Shown here: positions 1 to 12,747 of the stretch, one piece after another
How positions within the stretch are numbered: position 1 is the first letter of the stretch
How the letters are laid out: every line of letters begins with the position of its first letter
DNA from: an uncultured Planctomycetota bacterium
GTDB taxonomy: Bacteria; Planctomycetota; Planctomycetia; Isosphaerales; Isosphaeraceae
Assembly (NCBI GenBank): GCA_963823665.1
Contig: CAWGMQ010000003.1
Location: forward strand, 896,001 to 960,000
Direction of reading: 5' to 3'
Length of the DNA stretch: 64,000 nucleotides
Notes under the pieces: model-generated
What the model was told of the DNA's origin: nothing
Database searches by the model: none
The model's input: the letters and a program-made list of their open reading frames with translations, nothing else
Program-made: the position numbers and the translations under genes

Positions 1-153
1 GAGCGCTCCGGCCGTGAACAAAATGGCCAGCACGAGGATCAATACGAATCGCAAGAACTGCCGGCTCCGCCGCGCCAGATATCCGCGCAGCCGCGAGTGC
101 CGGGTTCGAACCGAAGGCTGCAATTTCTGATCGATCAGGTCACAATTCAACAT
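1..153 (-). CDS. 5' part of a membrane/secreted protein running off the window edge
   Basis: ATG at 153 on the minus strand reads open to position 1: MLNCDLIDQKLQPSVRTRHSRLRGYLARRSRQFLRFVLILVLAILFTAGAL (basic stretch, then hydrophobic helix). Confidence 0.5.
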   Translation of the reverse strand, partial: MLNCDLIDQKLQPSVRTRHSRLRGYLARRSRQFLRFVLILVLAILFTAGAL

Positions 154-327
154 GGCCCCACGAACTGGCTTTCGCGATTCGTTTCAAACACACGCCGATG
201 AGGCCATTGTACCCGCAAATCCCATATATGCTACAAGTGTCAGATCCACCTCATCTGCCGCCGGCTCGACGGAGAGCGAGGGCCGTGCAAGAATAGGAAC
301 GAAGAATGTGAACACCCGGGAGGTTCC

Positions 328-1263
328 GTGAACGTGTCGACTCTGAATCGCACTTCGAATCGTTGCAGGACGGGGATTGCCCTGCTCTTTCTTGGGCTGC
401 TTCCCGGAGCCGCATGCGCCCAAACGCAGAAGATCACTCCCGCGACCGACGAGTCGCATCGCCGCGATCGCGCCTTGATCGTCGTGGGCCTCCCTGGCGA
501 CGACGAACACGCCGTGGGCTTTCTCGAGCTGGCGCGCACCTACCGCCAGTGGCTGACTGGATCGCTCGGTTTTCCCGAGGAGGGCGTGCGCATGCTCTTT
601 GGCGCGGCCGGCGAGCCAAGCTTCAAAGCCGGCCCCGCCACCCGGGAAGCCATCGCGGCCGAAGCCGCAAACTCCCGCGCCGCACTCACGCCCGAGAGCC
701 GACTCTGGGTGATCGTCCTGGGGCACGCCAACGAGCGCGCCGGCCATACGTATCTGCACCTGCCGGGGCCGGATCTCCGTGACGACGAGCTGGCAAAACT
801 GTTCGCCGAGATCACCTGCCGCGAGCAAGTCTTCTGGATCACGACTTCGGCTTCCGGCGGGTTCCTCGCAGCGCTGTCAGCCAAGGGACGAATCATCATC
901 ACCGCGACAACGGCCGACCAGGAATTCAACGAAACTGAGTTTCCGCACGCGTTCGGGGAGGTCTGCAAGAAGTCCGCCGCGGATCTCGACCTGGACAAGG
1001 ATGGAAAGGTCTCGGTGTGGGACGTGTTTCTCGGGCTCGGGACGCTTGTCGACGCTCGGTTCGCGGCTGATGAACGCACGCCCACCGAGCACTCGTTGCT
1101 CGATGACAACGGCGATCAGACCGGCACCGAGCGGCCGGACGGCGGAGAGGGCAAAGACGAATCAAAACCGCAAGCCGCATCAAAATCGCAACCCGCATCA
1201 AAATCTCGCGTCGCCGACGGCGAACTTGCAAGAAAGACGTTCTTGCCGCTGCCGGCCCGGTAG
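328..1263 (+). CDS. Secreted caspase/C13-peptidase-like fold protein at the head of the MoxR operon
   Basis: Signal-peptide-like N-terminus; ALIVVGLPGD, LWVIVLGH, WITTSASG and RIIITAT motifs; DLDKDGKVS EF-hand-like loop. Confidence 0.6.
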   Translation: MNVSTLNRTSNRCRTGIALLFLGLLPGAACAQTQKITPATDESHRRDRALIVVGLPGDDEHAVGFLELARTYRQWLTGSLGFPEEGVRMLFGAAGEPSFKAGPATREAIAAEAANSRAALTPESRLWVIVLGHANERAGHTYLHLPGPDLRDDELAKLFAEITCREQVFWITTSASGGFLAALSAKGRIIITATTADQEFNETEFPHAFGEVCKKSAADLDLDKDGKVSVWDVFLGLGTLVDARFAADERTPTEHSLLDDNGDQTGTERPDGGEGKDESKPQAASKSQPASKSRVADGELARKTFLPLPAR

Positions 1264-1333
1264 GATGTTCCCAAAGCTGCAGGACGAATTGCTCCCAGTC
1301 CCATTCTGCCCGGCAACCGAGGAAGTCTGCACC

Positions 1334-2359
<1,026 letters not shown>

Positions 2360-2378
2360 ATGAGAACAGGACGGATGA

Positions 2379-3383
2379 ATGAAGAGCACCCCCCAGAGCC
2401 GTTCACCCCAGACCTCAGGAGACTGGGCCTCCAAGCTGGCACGTCTGAGAAAAAGCACGCGCTCGGATCAGGAAAGCCACATTCGCCGCGCCGATCTGAT
2501 GCATCAGTATCTCGACCCGGTCGTGATCGCCAAGATCGACGATCTGGAGCTCGTCGCGCGCACGGTCGTGGAAGGGTTCTTGCATGGGCTGCACCGATCT
2601 CCTTACGTCGGGTTCTCGGTCGAATTTGCCTCGCATCGCGAGTATCTGCCTGGCGACGATCTCCGGCATTTAAACTGGAAGCTGTTCGCGCGCAATGACA
2701 AGCTCTACGTCAAGCAATACGACGCCGAGACGAACCTCGACTGCCATCTCGTGATCGACGTCAGTGCGTCGATGGAGACGGCGAGCGCGGGCATCTCGAA
2801 GCGGCGTTATGCGACGATGCTGGGCTCGGCGATCGCGCACCTGGCGCTAAGCCAGCACGATGCCGTGGGCCTCACGCTTTTCGCCGACGCAGTGCTGGCC
2901 CACTTGAAGCCCCGGGCCAAATCGAAACAGCTTGAAGATGTGATCGCCGCACTCGGGGGCACGACCGGCAAGACGGCCGCCGCCACGGCCACGGTGCTGC
3001 ACGAGGTCGCGGAGCTGATGCCCCGGCGCGGGCTGGTGGTGCTCGTGAGCGACCTGTTCTTTCCGACCGAGTCGGTCTTCTCGGGGCTCGATCATCTGCT
3101 CTTCCGCGGTCACGACCTGATCGTGTTCCATGTGCTTGACCCGCTCGAGCACCGGTTGTCGGTGGGGGGCCAGGTTCGCTTCCACGACCTCGAGACGGGC
3201 GAAGAGCTGACCACACAGACCGACGAGATTCGACCATTGTATGAAAAAGCACTCCTCGACTGGCAGCGCGAGCTGGATGACGGGTTGCGCGGCCGGTCGG
3301 TCGACCGCGTTCTCGTGACCACCGACCAGCCGCTCGAGCAGGTGCTCTTCGACTATCTCACGCGACGATCGCAACTCTTCTGA
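2379..3383 (+). CDS. DUF58 domain protein (MoxR partner)
   Basis: GLHRSPYVGFSVEFASHREYLPGDDLRHLNWK and DVSASM MIDAS-like motif; true start may be ATG 2499. Confidence 0.92.
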   Translation: MKSTPQSRSPQTSGDWASKLARLRKSTRSDQESHIRRADLMHQYLDPVVIAKIDDLELVARTVVEGFLHGLHRSPYVGFSVEFASHREYLPGDDLRHLNWKLFARNDKLYVKQYDAETNLDCHLVIDVSASMETASAGISKRRYATMLGSAIAHLALSQHDAVGLTLFADAVLAHLKPRAKSKQLEDVIAALGGTTGKTAAATATVLHEVAELMPRRGLVVLVSDLFFPTESVFSGLDHLLFRGHDLIVFHVLDPLEHRLSVGGQVRFHDLETGEELTTQTDEIRPLYEKALLDWQRELDDGLRGRSVDRVLVTTDQPLEQVLFDYLTRRSQLF

Positions 3384-3396
3384 CGGCGGGTTCATC

Positions 3397-5357
3397 GTGG
3401 CCGGTCTGGGCTTCATTCACCTGGGGTTTCTCGCTGCCGCGGCGGCCGTGGCCGTTCCGATCTTGATCCATCTGCTGTTCCGGCCGCGGGCCCGGAAAGT
3501 GGAGATCGGATCGCTCTGGTTCCTGCGCCGCGTGATCCAGGATTCGGCGCGGCGACGCAAGGTTCGCCGGTGGGTGCTGCTCGCCCTCCGGGCGCTCGGC
3601 GTGCTGTTGCTCGCGCTCCTCTTCGCCCGGCCGTACAGGATCGATGCCGCCGCTTCCGGCTCCGAACGGGAAGTCATTCTGTTGATCGATCGATCCGCCA
3701 GCATGAGCGCCCGAGGCGACGAAACGCCCTTTGCGAAGGCGCAGCAAGAAGCTGGTGAAGTCCTCAAAGACTTACCGGCAGGCACCACGGCGCACCTGGT
3801 GTATTTCGACGCGGATGGCACCGAGCCCGAGCGCGAGGCACGCATTGACACGGCGCTGGAGCCACGGCCCGCCGGCACCGATTTTGGCAAAGCACTGGCA
3901 TGGGCGCGCGACATTGCGATCGCGTCTCGCCGCCAGAACCGCGAGGTCTTGCTGTGGACTGATCTTCAGCGCGCCGGAATGCGGTCGCGGCTCGAGCCGC
4001 CTTTCCCCACGACCGGCGTCCGGCTTCGTGTCACCGACGTCGGCCGGCCAATCACGCGCAATCTCGCCGTCGATCTCGTGGAAGCCGAGCAAACCGATCT
4101 TCGCAAAGGCAAGCCCGTAAGGATCACGGCAAGGATCTTCAATGCCGGGTTCTTCCCGGCCCGCGACGTGCCCGTCTCGCTGGTTCTGGACGGAAAAAGT
4201 CCAATCGAGCACAAGCTCACCATCGAGGGACGCACCCGGGCGCTGGTCACGTTCGAAACGCCGATCACCGAGCCGGGGCTTTATTCCGGGTTTGTCGAGC
4301 TCAAGGGCGGGGACGAGCTACCCTTTGACGACCGGCGCTACGTCGCCTTCGAGACGCGACTGCCGGAACGGGTCTTGCTCGTCGACGGTGAACCGGGCCC
4401 CTCGGTCTTCACGAACGAAACCTATTACCTCGAGACCGCGCTGCGGCTCGGCTTGCCCGGCGACGCGGTGAAGGAAGCTCCCCCTACTCCGTACGAACCG
4501 GTTCGCATCGAAGCCGCGAGCCCGACGGTCGCACTGCCGGACCTGACCGGCTTTCGAGTCGTCGTGTTGTGCAACGTCGGGGGCGTATCCCAGGAAAGCG
4601 CAGGAAGCTTGTTGCGGTTCGTCGAGGCCGGCGGAAGCCTGGTCATTTTCTTGGGAGACCGCGCAGCGCGAGCGGGTACACGACGCTCCATGCCGCGAAG
4701 CTCTTGCCCGGCCAGATCGGCGATCTGGCCGAGCAGGGCCCGTATCGGATCGCGGAGTGGAAGAAGGATCACCCGATCCTCGCTCCCTTCGCCGATCCGC
4801 TGCACGGCGACCTGAGGACCTTGCGATTCCAGAAGATCGCGCGTATCACGCCCGTGCCCGAGGCTCAAGTGCTCGCTGCGGCGCAAGGAGGCCTGCCGAT
4901 CCTGCTCGAGCGGGCCAAGGGCCGCGGGCGATGCGTGCTCTTTGCAATTCCCGCGGACAACGCCTGGGGAGAATGGGCCGTTCACCGGCTCTATGTGCCT
5001 CTGGTTCACCAGGTCGCGGGGTATTTGACCGACCGGCTCCCCGAGACCGGTCGCGTGCAAAGTGCACTCGCGGGCCGGACCGCAAATGAGTCGCCCGGCG
5101 TGAAGATCGAACAAGGCCGTGCGCTCGTCCGCAACATCGACGCCGAGGAATCCGACGTCGAACGAACAACGGAGGCCAAGTTTCGCGAGATGTACCGGCT
5201 GCCCGCAACCCAGCCGGGCGATCTTGAACGAAGCGACCGTTCCAGCCACCTGGCAGCCGGCAGCGAACGCCCCGACGAATTGTGGCGGACCGTCGCCTGG
5301 ATCCTGCTCTTTGTGCTTGTCATCGAAACTTTTGTTGCCAACAAGACCTACGCATGA
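3397..5357 (+). CDS. BatA N-terminal / VWA domain membrane protein (frameshifted near 4665)
   Basis: FIHLGFLAAAAAVAVPILIHLL BatA N-terminus, DRSASM VWA, LLVDGEPG; continues in ORF 4569..5357 ending ELWRTVAWILLFVLVIETFVAN. Confidence 0.85.
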
Positions 5358-5422
5358 TAGGGATGATTGTTGCCCGCGACGATTGTAGCTGGCCCTGATC
5401 GAGTGAATCGAGGAGCCAATCC

Positions 5423-8400
5423 ATGACCAAGTTCACCGCCGCTCCGGATACCTCAGCACCATTTGGTGAGCTTCCCGGCTTGGTCGGCAGGCTGGAACAA
5501 GCCCGAAACGAGCAGAAGCGATACCGCTTCTGGCTGGGAGTGGCGACGTTCTGCCTGGGTGCGATCGGCATCGTGGCACTGGGCATGTTCGTCGATTGGA
5601 TGTGGGAGGTGCCCGCGTGGCTTCGGGCGCTGGCTTTGCCGGCGCTCATCGGCCTTGCGGTTTTTCTTGTTTGTCCGCTCCCGCCGGCCGTACAGTAGCC
5701 CTCAGGCCGCGGCGGACGCCGAGCGGCAGTTCCCGGAGCTGGGCCAGCGAGTTCGAACGGTCGTGCAGTATGCCGATCCGCAGTCGAGCGCCCGTGCCGG
5801 CCTCGCCCGGATTGCTCCGGGCACTGGTCCGTCAGACGGACAAGCAGACCGAAGCACTCGACTTTCGAAAGCTGGTCCCGTGGCCTATCTTCGAGCGCAG
5901 GGCGATCGGCTTGTTCCTCGCGTCGATTATCGGGCTCATAACACTGTTCGCGAGCCCTTCGATACGAACCGCCGCCTTGCGAATGCTGCTCTTGCCGGCG
6001 CACTACACGACGGTGAAGGTCGAGCCCGGTGACGGCACGCTCAAGGCGGGCGAAACACTCAAGCTCGCGGTCACACTCGAGGGCCGGCCGGTCAAGACTG
6101 CCCAATGGCTGCACCGGAAGAACGGGGGCCAGTGGATTCTCGCACTCGCTCGGTGCAGATCCAGAGCACCGAAGCACCCGCGAAGCCGCTCTCCGGGCGG
6201 CTCACGGCGAAGCTCGAGGATTGCCAGGAAGACTTCGAATATCGCGTGGCGGCGGGTGAAGTTGCAGAGCCCGGTGTATCAGGTCAAGATTGTGCATCCC
6301 CTGCTGCTGAAGAAACTGGAGGCGACCGTCACGCCACCGGCCTACACGCGGCAGCCGCCGGTTGTATTGAATGACGGCAACTGGAATGCGGTTGAAGGCT
6401 CCCAGGTCGAGATCCGGATCGCGCTCGACCGCCAGCCCCAGACGGCCGAGCTCAAGCTGAGTGCGGGTGGGCAACCCCTGCCCGAAAAGGTCGACCTGCG
6501 GATCGACGGGGGCAAGCTCTCGGGCGTCATCGCTTCGGTCACGAAGGACCTCGAACTCGAGCTCACGGCGACAGCCACCGACGGCATGACGCTCGAGCCA
6601 GAAAAGCGCCGGATCAAGGTGGGTGCGGACCGAGAGCCGACGGTCCGGTTCGTGCAGCCGGAAGAGGCGCTCGCCGTGATACCCACGACCGAGGTGCCCA
6701 TCCAGGTGGAGGCACGCGACGACTTCGGCGTGAGCCTGCTGGGAATCAACTTCAAGATCGGTGACGGACCTGAAGAGACGCTGCACCTCTGCGAAGCTCA
6801 AGGATCAGCCGCTCACGGCGGCCGCGCTCGAGACTCTTTATCTCGAGAAGCACTCGCTCGACTACAAGGGGGCGATCACCTATTACGCGTACGTCGAAGA
6901 CAACCATTCGCCCAAGCCTCACCGGGTTGTCTCCGACTTGCGGTTCATCGACATCCTGCCGTTCAAACAGGAGTATCAGTTCGTCGACGGGGAAGGCTCG
7001 TGCAAAGGCAGCTCGGTTTCGCTCGAGGAGCTGATCGCCCGCCAGCGTGACAACTTGAACCGCACGTTCGCACTGGAGCGCGAATCCGAGGTGAAAGACG
7101 GCGACGCCAAGCGCCTGGCCAAGTATCAGGCCGAGCTGCACGCGGCGACCGAAGAGTTTGCCCAGGGCATCGCCGCGATTGCGGGTCCGGTCCCTGCACT
7201 GGAAAAGGCCGTCGCTGCCATGCAGTCGGCCACGACTGCGCTCGAGGCCAAAGACGTGGCGGGGGCCCGGCCGAACCAGGAGGCCGCACTCAAGGAATTG
7301 ATCACAGCCCGACAGAATCTTCGGAAATTGCTCAAGCAAAGCTCTTCGAGCTCCGCGAGCGCCTGCCGCAAGTTCGACCGGCGCAGTCGCAGAAGCTCCG
7401 CCGGCCCCCGAAGGATGAAAGCAAGCAGCAGATTGCAGCACTGGAAAAAGACCTGCGCGAGCTGGCCAAGCGCGAAGAGAAGTTCTCCGAGCAGCTCGAG
7501 CCCAATGGCAGTGGCGGGCCACAGGTCGACCCGCCTGCAGAGAAACAAGAGTCACCCAAAAGCGCCGCGAAGGCATCGAGCAAGTCTTCATCAAAGGGCT
7601 CCAAGAGCGGGTCATCGTCGAGCTCGGTCGCGAGCCAGAACGAGAACGCGGAGAAGAAGCCCAGCCTTGCGGAAGAGCAGAAACAGGCTGCCCAGGAAGC
7701 CGAGCGACTGAACAAGCTGGCGCAGCAAGACGACGCCATGACCGAGGACGCCCAGAAACGCATCGGCCAGGCCGCGGAAACGGTCTCCGAGTCAAGCCGC
7801 GCCATGGACGAGAAGCGAGCGGCTGATGCGGCAAGGAAAGCCCGTGAGGCGGCGCGGCGGCTGGCGGCGCTGGCGCGACAGGTCGGTGCGCTCAAGGCCA
7901 AGGAGCTTTCCGACATGCTGGCCCGCGAGCGCGATTTCGCCCAGGAGATCGCGCGTGCGGAGCGAGAGCTTGCTCAGGCGCTCGAAAAGCAGGACCCCGC
8001 TGGCCAGGGTCAAACATCACGAGATTCACAAGCGCTGGCTGACCGTCAGCGTGAACTGGCGGACGATACGGCGGCGCTTGCCGACGTTCTCGAACAGATC
8101 AAGGCGGCGGCGCGGCTCGACGACCGGGAGATTGCTCAGTTGATCGCCCAGGCCGAGAGCACGAGCCCGCCGCGCGAGATCGAGCGGGCGATGCGGCAGA
8201 ACGCCGATGCGATCGGCTCCGGCAAGGCGGCGACTGCCGCGAGCGATGCGGCCTCGGCTGCGGAGCGGCTCGAGGCGCTGGCGCAGGATCTCGAGTCGGC
8301 ACGGCGCGCCGCCGCTGGACCGGAGCTCGAGCGGTTGCTGGCTGCCGAAAAAGAGGCGGCGGCTTTGCAGGAGCGCTTGCGCAACGTCCGCCAGAGCTCG

Positions 8401-8748
8401 CAACAGGCGGGCGCCGAGCGGGCGTTCGAGGAATTTGCGGGCCGGCTCGATCGACTCGCTCCCCGCGAAGGGGCTTTGAAGCAGGCGGCCGAGAACATGA
8501 CGGCAGCGGGTCGCGCGGGCCATGGCGGCTGGTCGACGGCTGGAACAGTGCAAGACGGCCAGGCGACTCTTCTGGTGCCACCCACGAATCTTACCCAAAC
8601 GCTGGCCGCGGCGATCGTCGCCCTTCAGGCAAAGATCCAGGAGATGGTGCTGGAGAATACGCTGGTCGAGCGCAACGGACCGGTTCCTCCGCGGTACAAG
8701 ACCCTGGTCGACGATTATTACCGCGTGCTTTCGCAGGACTTGAGGTGA
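5423..8748 (+). CDS. Large membrane-anchored Ig-like/coiled-coil protein of MoxR operons (DUF4175-like), about 6 frameshifts
   Basis: Pieces in ORFs 5423..5698, 5463..6032, 5596..7050, 6105..6374, 6761..7711 and 7738..8748: TM pair, PPAYT, DREPTVRFVQP, ARDDFGV, long coiled coil, C-terminal VPPRYKTLVDDYYRVLS. Confidence 0.75.
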
Positions 8749-8822
8749 ACGAGAAGGGACCTCCTGAGCACGCGCATCCAGCCGGCTCCCCGTCACGAGC
8801 AACGACCAATTGAGAACGGTAG

Positions 8823-11110
8823 ATGGTCTGGTCAAATCCCTACAACGGCCTCTTTTTCATTCTGCTTACGTTCGGCCTGCTGGGATCGCTCGGTCTGGCG
8901 TTCCGGCTGGCCGCGGCTCCCAACGCGCGGAGCGTCGCTCTGGTCGTGCTGCGAGCGGCGGCAATCGGCACTCTGGTTCTGATCCTGCTCAACCCGACCC
9001 GCGTTCAGGAAACCAGGCAGACCGGTCCGGAGCCCGCCGCTCTTTTCCTGCTCGATGAATCGCGCAGCATGGGCCTGGAAGCGCCGCGCAGCCGCGCGGA
9101 AGCCGGGCACGAGCTGATTCAACAGGCGCTTTACCGGCTTCCTTCGGGACGCCGGCCCCCGATCCAGAGATTCGGATTCGGCAGCGACGTCACAGCGCTC
9201 GCCGATAACGACCCGGCGCTGCGCCCAAGGATGATGAAACCCGGTTGAACCGGGCCCTCGAACAGCTCGCGGGGCGATTCGGCGATGGGTTGCCATTCGG
9301 GGTTTTTGTCTTCTCCGACGGCCGTTCGACCGATCAAGAGCCAATTGAATCCACGGCCCGAGCGTATCGCGAGATGGGCGTGCCGGTGCACGTGGTCGCT
9401 CTCGGTGATGAGCGAGTCTCGGGCGACGTCGCCATTTCGGACATCGACGCCCCCCGCGACGTTCGCCCGGGCACGCGCGTTCCCGTGCGGGTGACGCTGC
9501 GCAGCCGCGGTTATGCTGGACAGCGCGCCGAGCTCCAGTGCGCTCGAAATCTGACCCGCACGCGGGTCCGATCGCCACGCTGCCGCTGACTCTCGCGGAC
9601 GGCGAGCAAAGTTCCGAGCTCGTCATCGAGACCGATCGAGCCAAGGGCCTTTTGACGGTAGAGGTTCTCGTCGTTCCCGCACGAGGCGCTCGTCTCGAAC
9701 AACTCCGTCGCCTTTCAGATATCGCCGCGGGATGCGAGGCTCCGCGTGATCTACATGGAAGGTACGCCTGCGAATGAGTACCGCTACTTGCAGGATGCGC
9801 TTCACGAGGATCCGGACATCCGGTGCACGTCGATGGTGGTCGGCAACCAGCAGGATGCTCAACCGCGGCTCTCGCGCGTCGACGAGCCCGCGCGTGGGTT
9901 TCCGACGACGCGTGAAGAGCTTTTCGGCTACGACGTGGTCATCTGCAGCGATATCGCCCGGCGCGCGTTCACCCCCGAGCAGCTCGCGTGGACCGTCGAG
10001 TTAGTCGCCAAGCGCGGAGGCGGATTCGCCATGATCGGCGGCATGACCAGTTTCGGCTCCGGCGAATGGGACCAGACCGTCTGGGACGGCATGATTCCGG
10101 TCGACATGAGCGGCCAGGGGCCGGATGTGCGGTCCGAGAATTTCTGGGGTGAGTTTCGCGTGGTGATTCCACCGCAGGCGATGGACCACCCCATCTGGCG
10201 GATCGTCGACGACCTCGCGCGCAACCGCCAAATCCTCGCGGGCATGCCAGCCTTCTTCGGGACAAACTTGATCGACCGCCTCAAGCCGGCCGCCACCGTG
10301 CTCGGGCTTTCGCAGGGCCCGCTCTCCGCCTCGGGACCAGCGACCATTTTCTCCTGCCAGACATTCGGCCGCGGACGCACCTTTGCGATGGCGACCGACA
10401 CAACGGTCGATTGGGGCCGCGATTTTGAGAAATTCTGGGGTCAAGGCGACAACCGCTACTTTCGTAAGTTCTGGCGAAATGTCGTCCGCTGGCTCGCCGA
10501 GAACAGCGAGGCGAGCCAGCAGCGGCTGCGGGTTGAAACCGACAAGATCATCTACCATCCGGGGCAGGAGATTCAGGTCACGGCGCGGGCCTACGATGAA
10601 GAGAGCCGGGAGACGAACCGCTACCGCGTGGTTGCCCGTCTGCGAGGCCCGGACGAGCCCGAGACGCGCCCGTTCGACGAGACCGCTCATTCGCTCGCGC
10701 CCCAGCCCAAGGACCTCACGTACAGCGGGAAGCTGCCCGCGCCTCAGCTTGCGGAGATCCTGGCCGGCGGTGGGACCACGCTTCACAAGTTTTTCCTCGA
10801 CGTTGCCGCGATGCAGGGCGACCAGGTGGTGGGTCAGTCAAGCGCCCTACTCCAGACCATTGACGATCCGGCCGAGTTTCACGACCCTCGGCCGGACCAC
10901 GCGGCGCTACTTGCGCTGGCTAAGGGAACCGGGGGTCGCGCCATCCAGAATCCAGCGGAGCTCGCGGATTTGCTGGGGCGCCACCCGGATGCGGCCGTCC
11001 GGTTGATCGTCAACCGCTGGCCGCTCTGGGACAGTCCGTTGCTGTGGACGCTCTTGCTGGGATGCCTGGCTTGCGAATGGATTCTCCGGCGGCGCAAAGG
11101 GCTGGCGTGA
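8823..11110 (+). CDS. VWA + glutamine-amidotransferase-like membrane protein, about 3 frameshifts
   Basis: LLNPT..LLDESRSM, FSDGR, GGGFAMIGGMTSFGSG, FRKFWRNVVRWL, terminal LACEWILRRRKGLA; pieces in ORFs 8823..9248, 9245..9589, 9538..9777 and 9746..11110. Confidence 0.8.
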
Positions 11111-11209
11111 GGAGATGATGAGACTCTCTATCGGACGCTCATCAATTGCGGTTTCTCGATCCGGATGTCGCCACAGCCGCAAGCCCGGTATCGGTGTAAG
11201 GGAGCTTCC

Positions 11210-11470
11210 ACCACGAATCTCACGAATCTCACGAATCAGACATTTCCGGAAACATAAGCGGGAAATGCGCTTCACGCGCCGACGATCGCGCGCGCCTCGT
11301 CCGTGAGCAGGATCTCCATCCTTGCTTCTCTCTCTCTTCGCCCATTCGTGGTATTCGTGAGATTCGTGGTTCCGCTTCCCCGCGCGGTGCCACACAAGAG
11401 GCATGGCCGGGATCGCAAGCTCGGTCGTATCAATGCAAGGGAGCCTCGACCACGAATCTCCCGAATCACA
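11210..11470. repeat. CACGAATCT tandem repeat elements forming an inverted pair (REP-like hairpin) plus a third copy
   Basis: ACCACGAATCTCACGAATCTCACGAAT (11210-11236) vs ATTCGTGGTATTCGTGAGATTCGTGGT (11344-11370); partial copy near 11449; another copy at 33019-33045. Confidence 0.8.
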
Positions 11471-11505
11471 CTCGCGCTTCCGCTCGAGATTACACCGAAC
11501 GCGGG

Positions 11506-12006
11506 CTAGAACCGAGTCAGTCTGTCAATGACTGCAAAAAGAAACGCGAGCCCAACCGAAACGCAAACCGCGCATCCCAGGAGGTCCGTCCACCGGCAGG
11601 CGGTGGCTTGCCGGGTCGCGCACAAGCCGTGCGCAAGACTGAAGAATGCCACGCAGGAGAATACCCCTTGCACCCAAATCCAGAGCAATTCGAGAGTCAA
11701 GGGAGAGCCGCCCATTACGCGACAGAACTCTATCGTCAGATAAAGAGCGAGCGGGACGAGCCAGAACCATTCGCCGCGGCTCAGCGCGGAACGACGACCA
11801 CGTAAGAGTTGGCTCGAGAGGACCAATGGCGCAGCGATTGCACCCGACCATAGGACGCATGACACCGCCCACTCAACTTTGTCGCGAGGACGAGCGCTAC
11901 GTAAAATCCAGGGCATGAGGTTCGTTGCGACGCATGTGCCCAGTGCGAAGGCCGCGATTAAAATGGTCGCGTCCATCAGGGTGAATCTGGTCGCGTTCGA
12001 CCTCAC
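11506..12006 (-). CDS. Hypothetical membrane protein
   Basis: 166 aa, several hydrophobic helices, RFTLMDATILIAA N-terminus; start overlaps the upstream stop. Confidence 0.7.
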   Translation of the reverse strand: MRSNATRFTLMDATILIAAFALGTCVATNLMPWILRSARPRDKVEWAVSCVLWSGAIAAPLVLSSQLLRGRRSALSRGEWFWLVPLALYLTIEFCRVMGGSPLTLELLWIWVQGVFSCVAFFSLAHGLCATRQATACRWTDLLGCAVCVSVGLAFLFAVIDRLTRF

Positions 12007-12299
12007 TATTCCGCTCCGAGTTCGTGAACGAGCCCTTTGTGCTTCGTGACTGCCTCGATATCGACCCCCAAGCCGTTAGAGATCTCTCGCTGAAAGGTCG
12101 GCCAGAGGGCGTCGGCATCCAGGTCGAGATCGAGAACTCCGGAGCGGGGGATCTCGTCACGGATAATGTCGAACAGGTCGCCGACTCTGATATCAGGCGG
12201 GTCGTTCGTCATGACCATTTTTAAGAGCCGATCACGGCTGAGCTTGACTCCGAAACGCCTCTCGAGGCGAAAGACGATATCAAATAGGTCGATCCCCAT
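12006..12299 (-). CDS. Small acyl-carrier-protein-like protein
   Basis: MGIDLFDIVFRLERRFGVKL...VGDL...LGVD...ELG resembles ACP helices in permuted order. Confidence 0.6.
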   Translation of the reverse strand: MGIDLFDIVFRLERRFGVKLSRDRLLKMVMTNDPPDIRVGDLFDIIRDEIPRSGVLDLDLDADALWPTFQREISNGLGVDIEAVTKHKGLVHELGAE

Positions 12300-12375
12300 G
12301 TGTTTCGCCTCGGTCTGGAACAGGCGTCAAGTCCCAACAATCCTCCGGACGATAAGGATTCGCGCAACGGCTGAT

Positions 12376-12747
12376 TCAATTCTTGGGCGCTGCCTCGGTC
12401 AATTCAACCCGGTGCCCGTCGGGGTCGACCACCACGGTGCGCATTCCCCAGGGACTGTCCTTCGGCGGGGATAACACGACTCCACTTTCCTTCGCGAGGG
12501 AATCCAGCACTTTGGCGATCGACTGGACGCAGAATCCGAGTCGGACTCCTTTCGTTTTCACAGTACCTTCCGAAGGGTAAACCTCGAGAACAACCGACCC
12601 CACCCGGCCTGCCAGGTGCTCCGGCCCGGACCCGTGGATCTCGCGGGCGAGCTCGACGCCAAGCGCTGCGAAGAACCGCGCGGAGCGATTCAGGTCAGCG
12701 GACCGGATCACGACAAGGTTCAGGCTGACCGCTTCACGCGTCATTGT
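12376..12747 (-). CDS. VOC/glyoxalase family protein
   Basis: LNLVVIRSADLNRSARFFAALG, HGSGPEH, SPWGMRTVVVDPDGHRVEL. Confidence 0.88.
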   Translation of the reverse strand, partial: TMTREAVSLNLVVIRSADLNRSARFFAALGVELAREIHGSGPEHLAGRVGSVVLEVYPSEGTVKTKGVRLGFCVQSIAKVLDSLAKESGVVLSPPKDSPWGMRTVVVDPDGHRVELTEAAPKN

